Part shown: piece after piece, positions 1-11,860 of the stretch
Position numbering within the stretch: the first letter of the stretch is position 1
How the letters are laid out: every line of letters starts with the position of its first letter
Assembly (NCBI GenBank): GCA_002269645.1
Contig: NIVC01000170.1
Span: 1-63,678, forward strand
Reading direction: 5' to 3'
DNA: 63,678 bases
From: Macrostomum lignano
Taxonomy: Eukaryota
Made by a program: the position numbers and the translations under genes
The notes under the pieces: generated by a model
The model's input: only the letters and a program-made list of their open reading frames with translations
Database searches by the model: none
What the model was told of the DNA's origin: nothing

Positions 1-323
1 ATACCTGCTCCTCAGAGCCGTGGCCAGAGGTACCTGATAGGCACAGGTTCACTTCCGGACGGAACCCGTACCCAAATCGGCCAAGACAGAAGCCGAGGCA
101 CGGATGGGTTGCCGCCGCCGGAGCACAGCCAGTCAGTCCAGCCCTAGACACTGCCTTGAACACATGCGGGACGTGAACCCCTGGGTCAGCTTGTGAGTCA
201 GCTTGAGAGAGCTCTCCTGCCATTCCTGCACCAGAATAGAGGGGGTGCAGGTGTGTAGGATAGAATCACAGACCTTGGCTCGTCTCATACTACACAGGCG
301 TGCTGAACCCACCATTGCAAGCG
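1..323 (-). mobile_element. 5' end of a second copy of the LINE found at 60771-62938 (continues left of the window)
   Basis: 1-323 aligns by eye, with scattered substitutions and small indels, to 62621-62938 in the same orientation (e.g. ccaagacagaagccgagg, gtgaacccctgggtcagcttgtgagtcagctt, cctgcaccagaatagagggggtgcaggtgtgtag). Confidence 0.75.
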
Positions 324-1060
324 CTTGCGTGGGAAAGCCATCACTCAATAATGGTATCCAAGATTTTCAAAGAAATGTTCGGACCAAAAGATGGATAATT
401 TTGACTTGACTTGACTGTAGCGAGATTAAGATCGAATGAGAGAAAACCTGCCTCAAAAAATTGATTTAAAAAACCGTTCGAAAAAACTCTGAAAAAATGC
501 TACTTTTATTCTTTATCCATTTGCTTCCGGCTTTTCCTTTTAGTAGCAGATATGCATACTGAGACAAGAAACTTGTTGCAGACTGTCTGGAGTCTGCTCT
601 GCTCATTCTGCTTATAATCTCTTGAGCTGACTGAAATCCAGGTCAGCTGGGACTGCATCCCCTGTGTTCTAATGGCAGAGGAAGAAAGAGCTGTCAGACA
701 GGGTTTACCAGTCTGTCAATTTATATTCCTATATTTTAGTATTCAATCATTTTTGGCAATAGAAATCTCTGTGTTGTGCATATTTTATCATATATTATTA
801 ATGGCATTGCTTATGCAGGAAGAACTCTTTGTTGGGAAAAGTCTTGGTTGGTCTTGGTTTCATTCTGCTTCAGTCAGAGCCTTCAGGGATTATTGTTGGA
901 ACTTGGACTCAGGCTGGGACTTGGGGCGGTCCCTGCTGACCTAATTAACCGCCTCTGGACTGGAGTCTGCGTGACAGTTAGGTTGTCTCTGCTTCCGCTC
1001 CGCCTCCGTAGGTTTGAAGGCTTTATGCCATCGGCTAAACTTGGCTATCGCCTCCACTTC

Positions 1061-1510
1061 TCCTCTCCTCTCCTCTCCTCTCCTCTGATCTCCTCTCATC
1101 TCATCTCCTCTCCCTCCTCTCTCCTCCTCTCATCTGATCTCTCTCCTCTCCTCTCCTCTCTCTCTCCTCTCCTCTCCTCTGATCTCCTCTCCTCTCCTTC
1201 CTCTCCTCTCCTCTCCTTCTCTCCTCTCCTCTCCTCTCCTCTCCTCTCCTCTCCTCTCTCTCTCCTCTCCTCTCTCTCTCTCCTCTCCTGATCTCTCTCT
1301 CCTCTCCTCTCCTCTCCTCTCCTCTCCTCTCTCTCTCCTCTCCTCTCCTCTCCTCTCCTCTCCTCTCCTCTCCTCTCCTCTCCTCTCTCTCCTCTCCTCT
1401 CCTCTCCTCTCTCCTCTCCTCTCTCTTCCTCTCCTCTCCTCTCCTCTCCTCTCCCCTCGCTTCGCTTCTCTCGCTTCACTTTTCTCTATTCTCTACTTCT
1501 CTCCCCTCTC
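1061..1510. repeat. (TCTCC)n polypyrimidine microsatellite
   Basis: Direct reading of the sequence. Confidence 0.95.
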
Positions 1511-2615
1511 CGTCTGTCGGCAGATATTGGAGAGTAAATCTGTAAATTTCACCTTTTTCTGTAATTTTGCATTTTAGTCCATCAGCCTGTGCACTCACCG
1601 AGTTCCATCACTTTGGAGAGAGTCTTAGTTGCCTGTCAGAGTTGTCAAAAAAAAAGATTTTGTCAAACAGCGAAAAGAAATCCAGCTATAGCATGCAATC
1701 AGCATTGAAATTCGCGTTGTTGTCACCAAGTGCCGCTGAGTCCACTCGCCCTCTCACACACGCTGTCTCTTCTGCTCCATCAGTGCTTCCTCAATTACAA
1801 ACGGCCGATTAGCCACAAGGAAAGACGCGGAGACAGGGAGTTGCGTTTGCCCACCCACCTCACACCCGCTGCGTTAGTTGCTGGATAAGAAAGGTGAGAA
1901 GTTCGAATACCAAATGAGACAGCTTATCAATAAGAGTGACGTCATCTATACTGAAAGTTGAATTTTTTGACGAGGTCGGCCGCGCGCCTTCAATTTATTT
2001 TGATTAGCCGAACTTTTCGTGGCGACCCGCTACTAGCTCGAATTAGTGCCTTGTTGTTAAGCAAACAATTTCTGTTTGAGCTGTCATTGCGCAATTCAAG
2101 ACCTCGATGGCTGACCTAAATGCAAGGCTTTGAAGTTTGAGCTTTGAGCCTTTGACACCCAGCCTTTGATTAGCTTATTGGGGCGGAGTCGCACTGTAGG
2201 GATCTCCCCTGTCCCCTACCCGTGACACGTGACCAGTGTGCAGAGCTGTGACTAGAAAATTTCACACTTTTATTAGTCTCGCAGAAAATCGCCACGGTTA
2301 ATAAAAGCTCTGCCAATATCTACGAGCTGTCTCTAGAGATTAGAGAGATGGTTTAAAGAATTAAATAGTCTATGGTCGAGAGGGAGACCTCGCCCCACAC
2401 CTCATTCCGGCTAAAATGTAACCAGAATTTTTGTCTATGGTACAATACCAATAGTATATTATAGAATTCATTTTAAGACACTGGCAATGCTTCCACTTTC
2501 GTCTATGGTCAAAACACCGTCTATGGCACAGGCAGCTAGCATTGAATAGGATTAGCGTTTTAAGTCTGAATTCAACTGCTCGATGTCCTAAATTCAATGC
2601 TGTCCCTACACAGGA

Positions 2616-3113
2616 CTTTGGCCATAGACAATTGCCGAGCATGGGTTGAATTTGTGAGCAGTTAAGAGTTCTGGCCATAGACAATTGCCGAGCATGGGTT
2701 GAATTTGCGAGCGGTTAATAGTTCTGGCCATAGACAATTGTCGGAGCATGGGTTGAATTTGCGAGCGGTTAATAGTTCTGGCCATAGACAATTGCCGAGC
2801 ATGGGTTGAATTTGCGAGCGGTTAAGAGTTCTGGCCATAGACAATTGTCGGAGCATGGGTTGAATTTGTGAGCGGTTAAGAGTTTTGGCCATAGACAATT
2901 GTCGGAGCATGGGTTGAATTTGTGAGCGGTTAAGAGTTTTGGCCATAGACAATTGTCGGAGTATGGGTTGAATTTGTGGGCGGTTAAGAGTTCTGGCCAT
3001 AGACGATTTTCGGAGTATGGGTTGAGTTTGCGAGCGGTTAAGAGTTCTGGCCATAGACAATTGTCGGAGTATGGGTTGAGTTTGCGAGCGGTTAAGAGTT
3101 CTGGCCATAGACA
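2616..3113. repeat. 53/54-bp minisatellite (ctggccatagacaattgtcggagcatgggttgaatttgcgagcggttaagagtt), ~9 units
   Basis: Direct reading; 18-aa periodicity in the ORF track. Confidence 0.95.
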
Positions 3114-3664
3114 GCAGGTTATTATTGGCAAAATAAGCATAAAGGATGAGCTCATCAGATTAAATCACCAGTTAGTACCAATTCGAAAAAATATAATATT
3201 TGCTATAACTACGAGTAACATACAGAGAACAAGTTTAAGTTTTCTACTCGACCTACAAGTAAAAATGCCACGACAGATTGAATTCAGGGTCGGTAAATAA
3301 TCGGCAGAAAGAAAATGTTCTCTTTCAACAAACGTGGAAATTAATTACTGGGACCGCTGCCCGACCCTCCCCCCCCGCTGACCCACCCACCTGCAAAAGC
3401 CATTTTTAGCACCACAGGACGGCAGGGAGGACTTAAACTCAAATAATAATGGCTACTGCATATAATAAATATAGCTGAGACTTATGGGGTCCACGGCCGA
3501 TTGAAGTCTACCGCTGTGGGTACATGCATGGCCTTGTTGGAGAGCGGCGCAGCCTGTTCCACTAATTCCGTGAACTGCTTTGATTCTCTCTGTGACCTCT
3601 TTCTCCATTGCTTTTCCTTCTCACTTTTACCTTTGTTCTCCCATATATACTCTTGTACTCTATC

Positions 3665-4275
3665 CTTATCCACTCCACTCTCCCCTCTCCACTCTCCCCT
3701 CTCCACTCCACTCTCCCCTCTATCCTCTCCATACTCTCCCTCTACCCTCTCCACTCTCCCTCTACCCTCTCCCATCTACTCTTCCCTCTCCACTCCATTC
3801 TCCCCTCTATCCTCTCCACTCTCCCCTCTATCCTCTCCACTCCCCTCTATCCTCTCCACTCTCCCCTCTATCCTCTCCACTCTCCCCTCTATCCTCTCCC
3901 CTCTCCTCTCTATCCTCTCCACTCTCCCCTCTATCCTCTCCACTCTCCCCTCTATCCTCTCCCCTCTCCTCTCTATCCTCTCCACTCTCCTCTCTATCCT
4001 CTCCACTCTCCCCTCTATCCTCTCCACTCTCCCCTCTATCCTCTCCCCTCTCCTCTCTATCCTCTCCACTCTCCCCTCTATCCTCTCCACTCTCCCCTCT
4101 ATCCTCTCCACTCTCCCCTCTATCCTCTCCCCTCTCCTCTCTATCCTCTCCATACTCTCCCCTCTATCCTCTCCCATCTACTCTTCCCTCTCCACTCCAT
4201 TCTCCCCTCTATCCACTCCACTCTCCCCTCTACTCACTCTATTCTCCCCTCTACCATCTCACCTCTACTCTCACA
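3665..4275. repeat. 21-bp pyrimidine-rich minisatellite (ctctcccctctatcctctcca)
   Basis: Direct reading. Confidence 0.9.
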
Positions 4276-4954
4276 CTTTTCATTCGATTTTTCTCCCCAG
4301 ACTTTCCCGACAATCACCGTGACAACCAACTCTCGGACAAGACCACATGTAGAGATGCAGTTTTTTCAATATTAAAAAAATTTAAGCATAAAACGCTTGC
4401 CCTGTACACTTGCTACGCAGATGTTACAATATTTCCACACTTGACTTGCCCATAGGCATCATAGAAATGCAATACGAATATGCTTTAGCGAATCTGATAC
4501 AGTATACTCTACAATCCATGCTCTTGAAATTTATTCGCTAACTTCACTGTAACATTTATGATTCATTATACCGTTAAAATCTCAAAATTCGTTAAATTCT
4601 AACTTAGCAACCAACCAGGAAGCTGTGAACTATGAACGGCATAGTTACCTCTCACTCACTAGAAAAAAAACTTCATGAGAGAGATAGCCCAATCAGATAA
4701 GTGAAACTGACTGGAAAAGTCATTCTAGTCTAGCGACATCATGTTCGAAGAACAACGCATGATAGGAATCCTAGCCTGCATGAAGATTTTATTCGGTATT
4801 TTTTCAACAAAAAATTTTTGTTAACCATCTATAACAAGTAGCGGAACTGAGGAAAATATGTTAATTTAACATATGCGATACAATATTCATTAGCCATGAT
4901 TTTTTAACTGATTTATTGCAAATAAAAAAGCCGATGATGCTTATCATTGTCTGA

Positions 4955-5475
4955 GGAAGGTTGGAAGAGAGGAGAGAGGAGAGGGGAAGAGAGGAGGGAG
5001 AGGAGAGGAGAGGAGAGGAGAGGAGAGGAGAGGAGAGGAGAGGAGAGGAAAGGAGAGGAGAGGAAAGAGAGGAGAGGAGAGGAGAGGAGAGGAGAGGAGA
5101 GGAGAGGAGAGGAGAGGAGAGGAGAGGAGAGGAGAGGAGAGGAGAGAGGAGAGGAGAGGAGAGGAGAGGAGAGAGAGAGAGAGGAGAGGAGAAGAAAGGA
5201 GAGGAAAGGAGAGGAGAGGAAAGGAGAGGAAAGGAGAGGAAAGGAGAGGAGAGGAAAGGAGAGGAAAGGAGAGGAGAGGAAAGGAGAGGAAAGGAGAGGA
5301 GAGGAAAGGAGAGGAGAGGAGAGGAGAGGAGAGGAGAGAGGAGAGGAGAGGAGAGGAGAGGAGAGGAGAGGAGAGGAGAGGAGAGGAGAGGAGAGGAGAG
5401 GAGAGGAGAGGAGAGGAGAGGAGAGGAGAGGAGAGGAGAGGAGAGGAGAGGAGAGGAAAAGAGAGGAGAGGAGAC
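4955..5475. repeat. (GGAGA)n polypurine microsatellite
   Basis: Direct reading. Confidence 0.95.
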
Positions 5476-6109
5476 AGTAGAGATAAGATCTGACCTCAAT
5501 AAAAGATTGCCTAAAACGCACTGCACAAGTTGTACATTGTACAAGATAGTAAACGAGCTCTCTAATAAAAGTTAACAAAATTAGTGCCTACAAAATTTAC
5601 AGCATAAATTGTACATTGAACTCAATTATATTTTTATGGCATAGGAGGCTTATTTTCAAGACGACGGCAAAGTTCAAAGGAGTCGCCTCCGCGGCCAGCC
5701 AAGATCAATTGCCCAGTTGTAATTTACTCTTGGTTCAGGTTGTAAAACTGGCTTATGACGAGGCATATAAATAAAATTAGAGCATATTCCATGAGAGAAT
5801 TTGCTCAACCAAGTTTATCAGGAGCGGCCATGTCAAGCCAATGAAGCTAAGATAACTTTGTAAATTATTTTACAGGTGCAGTAATTTACTAGCAATAAAA
5901 ATAGGTTGAGATCAAATTAATACTTATGACAGTCTAAAACAAGTGCTTGACGGACCGTCACGCACCTACAACAACTGGACTTCGAGGCACTCAATATGGT
6001 CAGGACCGCTGTGTGTGTCAGGGAATGGAAATGGCTGCTGGCCTCCTTGCTGGCTGCGGGTCCAATGTGTCGCTATTGATTTGCGGCAGCCAAAATCCGT
6101 GACATCTCC

Positions 6110-6655
6110 CCCTCCTTGCCTCTCCCTTGGCCCTCCCCTCTCCCCTGGCCCTCTCCCTCTCCCCTGGCCCTCCCCTCCCTCTCCCCTGGCCCTCTCCCTC
6201 TCCCCTGGCCTCTCTGGCCTCTCCCTCTCCTCTGAGTCTTCTCTCTCCTCCCCTCTCTCTCTCTCTCTCTCTCTCTCCCTCTCTCTCTCTCCTCTCTCTC
6301 TCCTCTCTCTCTCCTCTCCCCTCTCTTCTCTCCCCCTCCTCTAGCCCTCTCCTCTCTCCTCCTCTCCTCTCTCTCCTCTCTCTCTCCTCTCCCCTCTCTT
6401 CTCTCCCCCTCCTCTAGCCCTCTCCTCTCTCCTCCTCTCCTCTCTCTCCTCTCTCTCTCCTCTCCCCTCTCTTCTCTCCCCCTCCTCTAGCTCTCTCCTC
6501 TCTCCTCCTCTCCTCTCTCTCCTCTCTCTCTCCTCTCCCCTCTCTTCTCTCCCCCCTCCTCTAGCCCTCTCCTCTCTCTCCTCTCCCTCTCCTCTTTTCA
6601 GTCTCCCTTCTCCTCTTTGTCATCTCTCCTTCCTTTTCTCGTCTCTCCTCTCCTC
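6110..6655. repeat. TC-rich low-complexity tract / degenerate minisatellite
   Basis: Direct reading. Confidence 0.9.
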
Positions 6656-7084
6656 TCTGCGAATCAGTTCGTGAGAATTTTGAAAAGGATGAAGATTTAT
6701 TTAACGCACCGATATTCAGCTTCATCTGAGAATCACAGCGACTCCAAATCTCACAATCGGAGTCAGAGCACTTGGCGTACCGCACCACAGGACAAGCCAT
6801 GCCAAAAGCCAGCCGCAATTTCTTTAATCAAAGTTTAAAATTCAAGCGGGACAGTTATTCTAAAATCGAACGTTGCGTCAACAGTATTTGCCTTCTGTCT
6901 CTCTGATTTGCATATAGAAATTGGCCCAGCCACGCCAACTGCTCCGAGACCTGCTGTAGACAGTCTTGGCTGGCTTGGAGAACTCAAGCCATGGACTTCT
7001 CTGGAGATAGCAGCAAGTGGACTGGAAGATGGAATAGAACATGCTCATTTAGACGTTAGGGTGGCAACGAATACGACCTTTGCT

Positions 7085-7805
7085 TTACAACCATCACAAC
7101 CTTCACAACATTCACAACATTCACAACATTCACAACATTCACAACATTCACAATGTTCACAACATTCACAATGTTCACAACATTCACAACATTCACAATG
7201 TTCACAACATTCACAACATTCACAATGTTCACAACATTCACAACATTCACAACATTCACAATGTTCACAACATTCACAACATTCACAACATTCACAATGT
7301 TCACAACATTCACAACATTCACAACATTCACAACATTCACAACCTTCGCCAACTCTTCATTCACAACCCTCACAACATTCAAAACATTCACAACCCTCAC
7401 AACATTCACAACCCTCACAGCATTCACAACCCTCACAGCATTCACAACCCTCACAACATTCACAACCCTCACAACATTCACAACCCTCACAACATTCACA
7501 ACCCTCACAGCATTCACAACCCTCACAACATTCACAACCCTCACAACATTCACAACCCTTACAACATTCACAACCCTCCCCAATTCTTCACAACCCTCAC
7601 AACATTCACAACCTTCGATCCGTAACTCTTCACAACCCTCAAAACATTCACAACCTTCCCCAACTCTTCACAATCCTCAAAACTCTCACAGCATTCACAA
7701 TCTTCACAACATTCACAACATTCACAACCCTCACAGCATCCACAACCCTCACAACATTCACAACCCTCACAGCATTCACAACATTCACAACATTCACAAC
7801 CTTCA
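7085..7805. repeat. 9/18-bp repeat (ttcacaaca / acattcacaaccctcaca)
   Basis: Direct reading. Confidence 0.95.
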
Positions 7806-8227
7806 TCGACCCCAGCGTCAAAATGGGGCAGCTTGTTTCTTTCAGTTTCCAGTCCAGCGGCGCTATCTCAAGCAGTCCCTGCTCAAACCGAACCCAATTC
7901 CCCTCTGCCTCTCGGGCGAACCTGTGGCAACACCTGTCGACTAATTTTTCTACCGCTGACGGATATTAGAATTCATATATGACTGCGACAATGGCTTTGA
8001 GCTGTGGAGATTGGCCCTTCGGATATGAAGCTTGAATTGGCCCGGAGTTGAGAGTTGCATCTTTCGACTTTGAGTGCCCAATCACTCATTAATTGGCCTC
8101 CAACCCCCCTACTGCCCGCTCTGTGACTTGAGCCACCGCCTCCCACTGCTCCGGCTCTGTGCAGGAGTTCTAGCGAAATTCGCCCCCTGCCTCCTATCTG
8201 TATGAAGCTCAGCCTCTTCCACTCCAA

Positions 8228-8600
8228 ACCGCCCTCCGCTGTCTCCCACCCTCCTTCCGCTGTCTCCCACTCCCCTTCCGCTGTCTCCCATTCTCCTTCC
8301 GCTGTCTCCCACTCCCCTTCCGCTGTCTCCCACTCTCCTTCCGCTGTCTCCCACCCTCCTTCCGCTGTCTCCCGCTCTCCTTCCGCTGTCTCCTACTCTC
8401 CTTCCGCTGTCTCCCACTCCCCTTCCGCTGTCTCCCGCTCTCCTTCCGCTGTCTCCCACTCTACTTCCGCTGTCTCCTACTCTCCTTCCGCTGTCTCCTA
8501 CTCTCCTTCCGCTGTCTCCTACTTTCCTTCCGCTGTCTCCCACTCCCCTTCCGCTGTCTCCCGCTCCTCTTCCGCTGTCTCCCGCTCGTGTTCCGCTCTC
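8228..8600. repeat. 21-bp minisatellite (ccttccgctgtctcccactcc)
   Basis: Direct reading. Confidence 0.95.
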
Positions 8601-9479
8601 TCCCGTTCACCTTTCTGCTCCCCATCCGCTCTCTCCCACTCCTTGCCCGCTCCCTACCCCACACTTTCTCTTACAAGAGCCAAATCGAAAAAATGGCAAC
8701 AGAGGAATTCCTAAGCGCAATCGGAGGCTGAGAGGTACATGTATCCACCGGACACGTGTCAGTCACGTGACATGCGCCGCAGCACGAAGATGCTTGTTAA
8801 TTGATCGGGCCAGAGACACACAATCAAGCCTTTTAAAAGCAGAAAAAATGAATTAATGTACGATTACCTGGTAACTACATGTATGTGAAAAATTTTATTA
8901 CCATATCTAAGAATAAAAAAATTCAGAGCAAAATTTTCAATTCACCAACAAAACGCGCCAAATTTCAGGGAATTACAGCAGCAGATGGCGCGGATCCAAC
9001 CCACCGCAGCAGCCCATGCGGCTCTAATGCGATGGGGCCAGAAGGCCCACCACTTGGCAAACACACTGCAGGCTATCTCTGCTCCGCGATCCCACACGAA
9101 CGGGGATCAGTTCTCAAGCTCTTATCAAGCCGCTCGGAAAAATATTACCAAACACAGCTAGAGAGCTACTTATTTCCCTCCGAGGGCATTCCTTATACTG
9201 GCTAAGGTATGGGGATATTTTTCGGCAAGCCAGTGGCCATCCCCCTCCAAGCATTCATTGTTTGCACTGATTTTAAGACCTCGGGCTCGGGTGCCGGCTG
9301 AAGCTTCAGTGGTGGATGGAGGGTATCCTGGATGCATTGAGCTGGCTCTGGGACCAGCTGTAGCCAGTAAACTCGAGAATTCGAAAGAATGCAGCAAAAT
9401 TGAAAGAAAGTGCATCTTCTCACCTCACTCTAATCCCCTCTCACCTTCTCTTACCTCACTCCCGGCCCCACTAACCTCA

Positions 9480-10072
9480 CTCTCACTCCCCATCTCCTCT
9501 CACCTCACCTAGCTCTCATCCTCTCTCAACTCATCTCTTATCAGCTTTCACCCGTCTCATCCCCTCACCTCACTCTCATCCCCTCTCATCCCCTCAGAAC
9601 TCACTCTCATCTCCTCTCTCACCCCACTCTCATCCCCTCTCAACTCACTCTCATCCCCTCTCTCACCTCACTCACACTCACATCTCACTCACTCTCATCT
9701 AATTTCCCTCTCTCATCCCCTCTCACCTCACTCCCATCCCCTCTCACCTCGCCCTCATCCCCTCTCACTTCGCTCTCATCCCCTCTCACCTCGCTCTCAT
9801 CCCCTTTCACCTCGCACTCATCCCCTGTCACCTCGCACTCATCCCCTGTCACCTCGCTCTCATCCCCTGTCACCTCGCTCTCATCTCCTCTCACCTCACT
9901 CTCATCCCCTCTCACCTCGCTCTCATCCCCTCCCCTCCCACCTCACTCTCATCCCCTCTCACCTCGCTCTCATCCCCTCCCCTCCCACCTCACTCTCATC
10001 CCCTCTCACCTCGCTCTCATCCCCTCTCACCTCACTCTCATCCCCTCTCACCTCGCTCTCATCCTCTCATCT
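9480..10072. repeat. 21-bp minisatellite (cactctcatcccctctcacct)
   Basis: Direct reading. Confidence 0.9.
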
Positions 10073-11113
10073 CACGATGAGAATCGAGTAAAAATAACAA
10101 AGCCAACCCAATGGACACAGATTTTCAAGCGAACGCTACTGAGTTCTCAAAGCGGGTAAAAGGCTAAGTGGGTTGGTGGAAATTGTTACGAATAAATAAA
10201 TAAACACTATAGCCGGGTATTCAGTATAATATTTATTTTAGTTTCTATTCCAAGTGGAACAATAACAAGCGAAAAGCAGACTTTTCGTATTCAAAAAGAT
10301 ATTGAAATGAGAAAAAAATTGAAAGCGAAAAATTGTATTGTATTATAATTTTTCATAATAAATTTGATTAACTACTTGGATTCGTGTCTCAGTGACAGCG
10401 GGTACAGGTAAAAGTGCAAAGGCGAACTTTTCTTATAGCGTTTTAGCTGGCTTGCGCACAGAACTAAATAAATTTATTCTAGCAATTGAATTTCTGTTTC
10501 GAAAGCGACAAAAAAGCCTACAATTAGTACTGGTAGTAAGCAGTAGCAGTAGTGAATATCTAGTTTATTTTTTACTTTTTTCAATAAGAAAAAAATCCGG
10601 AGAAAAAAAGCGCTTTTTAGTTACTAACAGTAGTGTTTAATTAATTTGCGTAAATTTATTGCGTAAAATGAATGGGATTTGAAAATCAATAATATAATTA
10701 ATCTGATTTCTCTCGGCCTGTTAAGTCTCTCTCTCTCTCTGTATTTTAATGAGTTATTTATCAGCTAATTAGTACTCTATTTTTTGAATTTGAAATGATC
10801 AAACAAAATAGAAGCCGAAACCGGAGAGAGACACTGATATATTCAGGCAACAGAGAAAAGCAGATGCGAGCTGCATATCGATAGAAATAGAAATAACATA
10901 TAAGCTTAGATACGATGACGAACCATAACACCGAGTTACGAGTTAAAGGACTATTATAAATAGTAATAGTAATAGTAATAATATTATACTAGTGAAGCTA
11001 TACTAGAAAACACAGAGTTATAAGGGCAGGGAGAAGCATTTATAATAATAATATAAAAATGGCTATATTAGTTTTTCAGCGTCTGCATCATATTACTGTC
11101 AGTAGCATGCTGG

Positions 11114-11860
11114 TCAGTTCTGGAACACGTTCATGGTGAACTTCTGATAGTTATAAGCGTCGGGAACTGCGCGGCCGTTGGGATCAACGTAGGGCTCCAT
11201 GCTGCGGACGCAGTAGTCCGCCTGCACCTTTGGCAGCGAGCTGTACAACTCGTCGCGGGTGATGTACGGCCGGCCTTCGCGGCACAGGGCTTTGAAGGCT
11301 TCTTCAACGTCCAGACGAGAGGAGACGTTCTCAGTCTCCTTCATGATCATGTAGTTGATGAACTCCTGCATCTCAACGTAGCCGCTGCGGTTGGGGTCAA
11401 CCCGGGCCATCACCGAGTCGAACACGGCGTCGCTGTCTTCGCCGAATTTCAAATCGTGGCCGAGAGCCAGCAGGCACTGCTTGAACTCGCGCTTGTCCAA
11501 CCGGCCAGAGTTGTCCTTGTCGAAGTGCTTGAACATCATGATGTATTCGCGTTTCACGTCGTCTGGCACGCCGGCCTGCTGCAGGGCCAGGATGGTCTGC
11601 TCCAGGCTGTGCTGCATGCGCATGGCAAGCTGGTCCAGCTGGTCCCAGGCCTGGCTGAGGGACACCGCCGAGTGGCTGGTGTACTGGTTCTCCAGGATCA
11701 TCTCGTTCTCTAGCGATGTGGTCCACTGGTTGATGTCCTTGAGGTCCTGCTTGCGGGCCCGGATGTCCACGGAGGCCTCCTTGATGCGCTGCAGCTGGGC
11801 TTCGTAGTTCAGATCCTCCTGGGTGCTGATGCTCAGCATGGCGCGGCGGGTGGTCTCCAC
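11114..11860 (-). CDS. SPTAN1: Alpha-spectrin exon 12 (last repeat, EF-hands FKHFDKDNSGRLDKREF and VDPNRSGYVEMQEF, stop)
   Basis: Acceptor aaacag|GTG; TGA at 11116-11114. Confidence 0.95.
   Translation of the reverse strand: METTRRAMLSISTQEDLNYEAQLQRIKEASVDIRARKQDLKDINQWTTSLENEMILENQYTSHSAVSLSQAWDQLDQLAMRMQHSLEQTILALQQAGVPDDVKREYIMMFKHFDKDNSGRLDKREFKQCLLALGHDLKFGEDSDAVFDSVMARVDPNRSGYVEMQEFINYMIMKETENVSSRLDVEEAFKALCREGRPYITRDELYSSLPKVQADYCVRSMEPYVDPNGRAVPDAYNYQKFTMNVFQN

Noticed and set aside
8110-8170. CPLCDLSHRL as a BEL/Pao-type Gag zinc knuckle
   Set aside because: The fourth Cys needs a frameshift and no other retroelement domains are nearby.
776-10072. Long ORFs such as poly(ERRGE), poly(SSPLL), (HNI)n and (SHSPSAV)n
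   Set aside because: They are translations of stop-free micro/minisatellites, open in several frames and on both strands.
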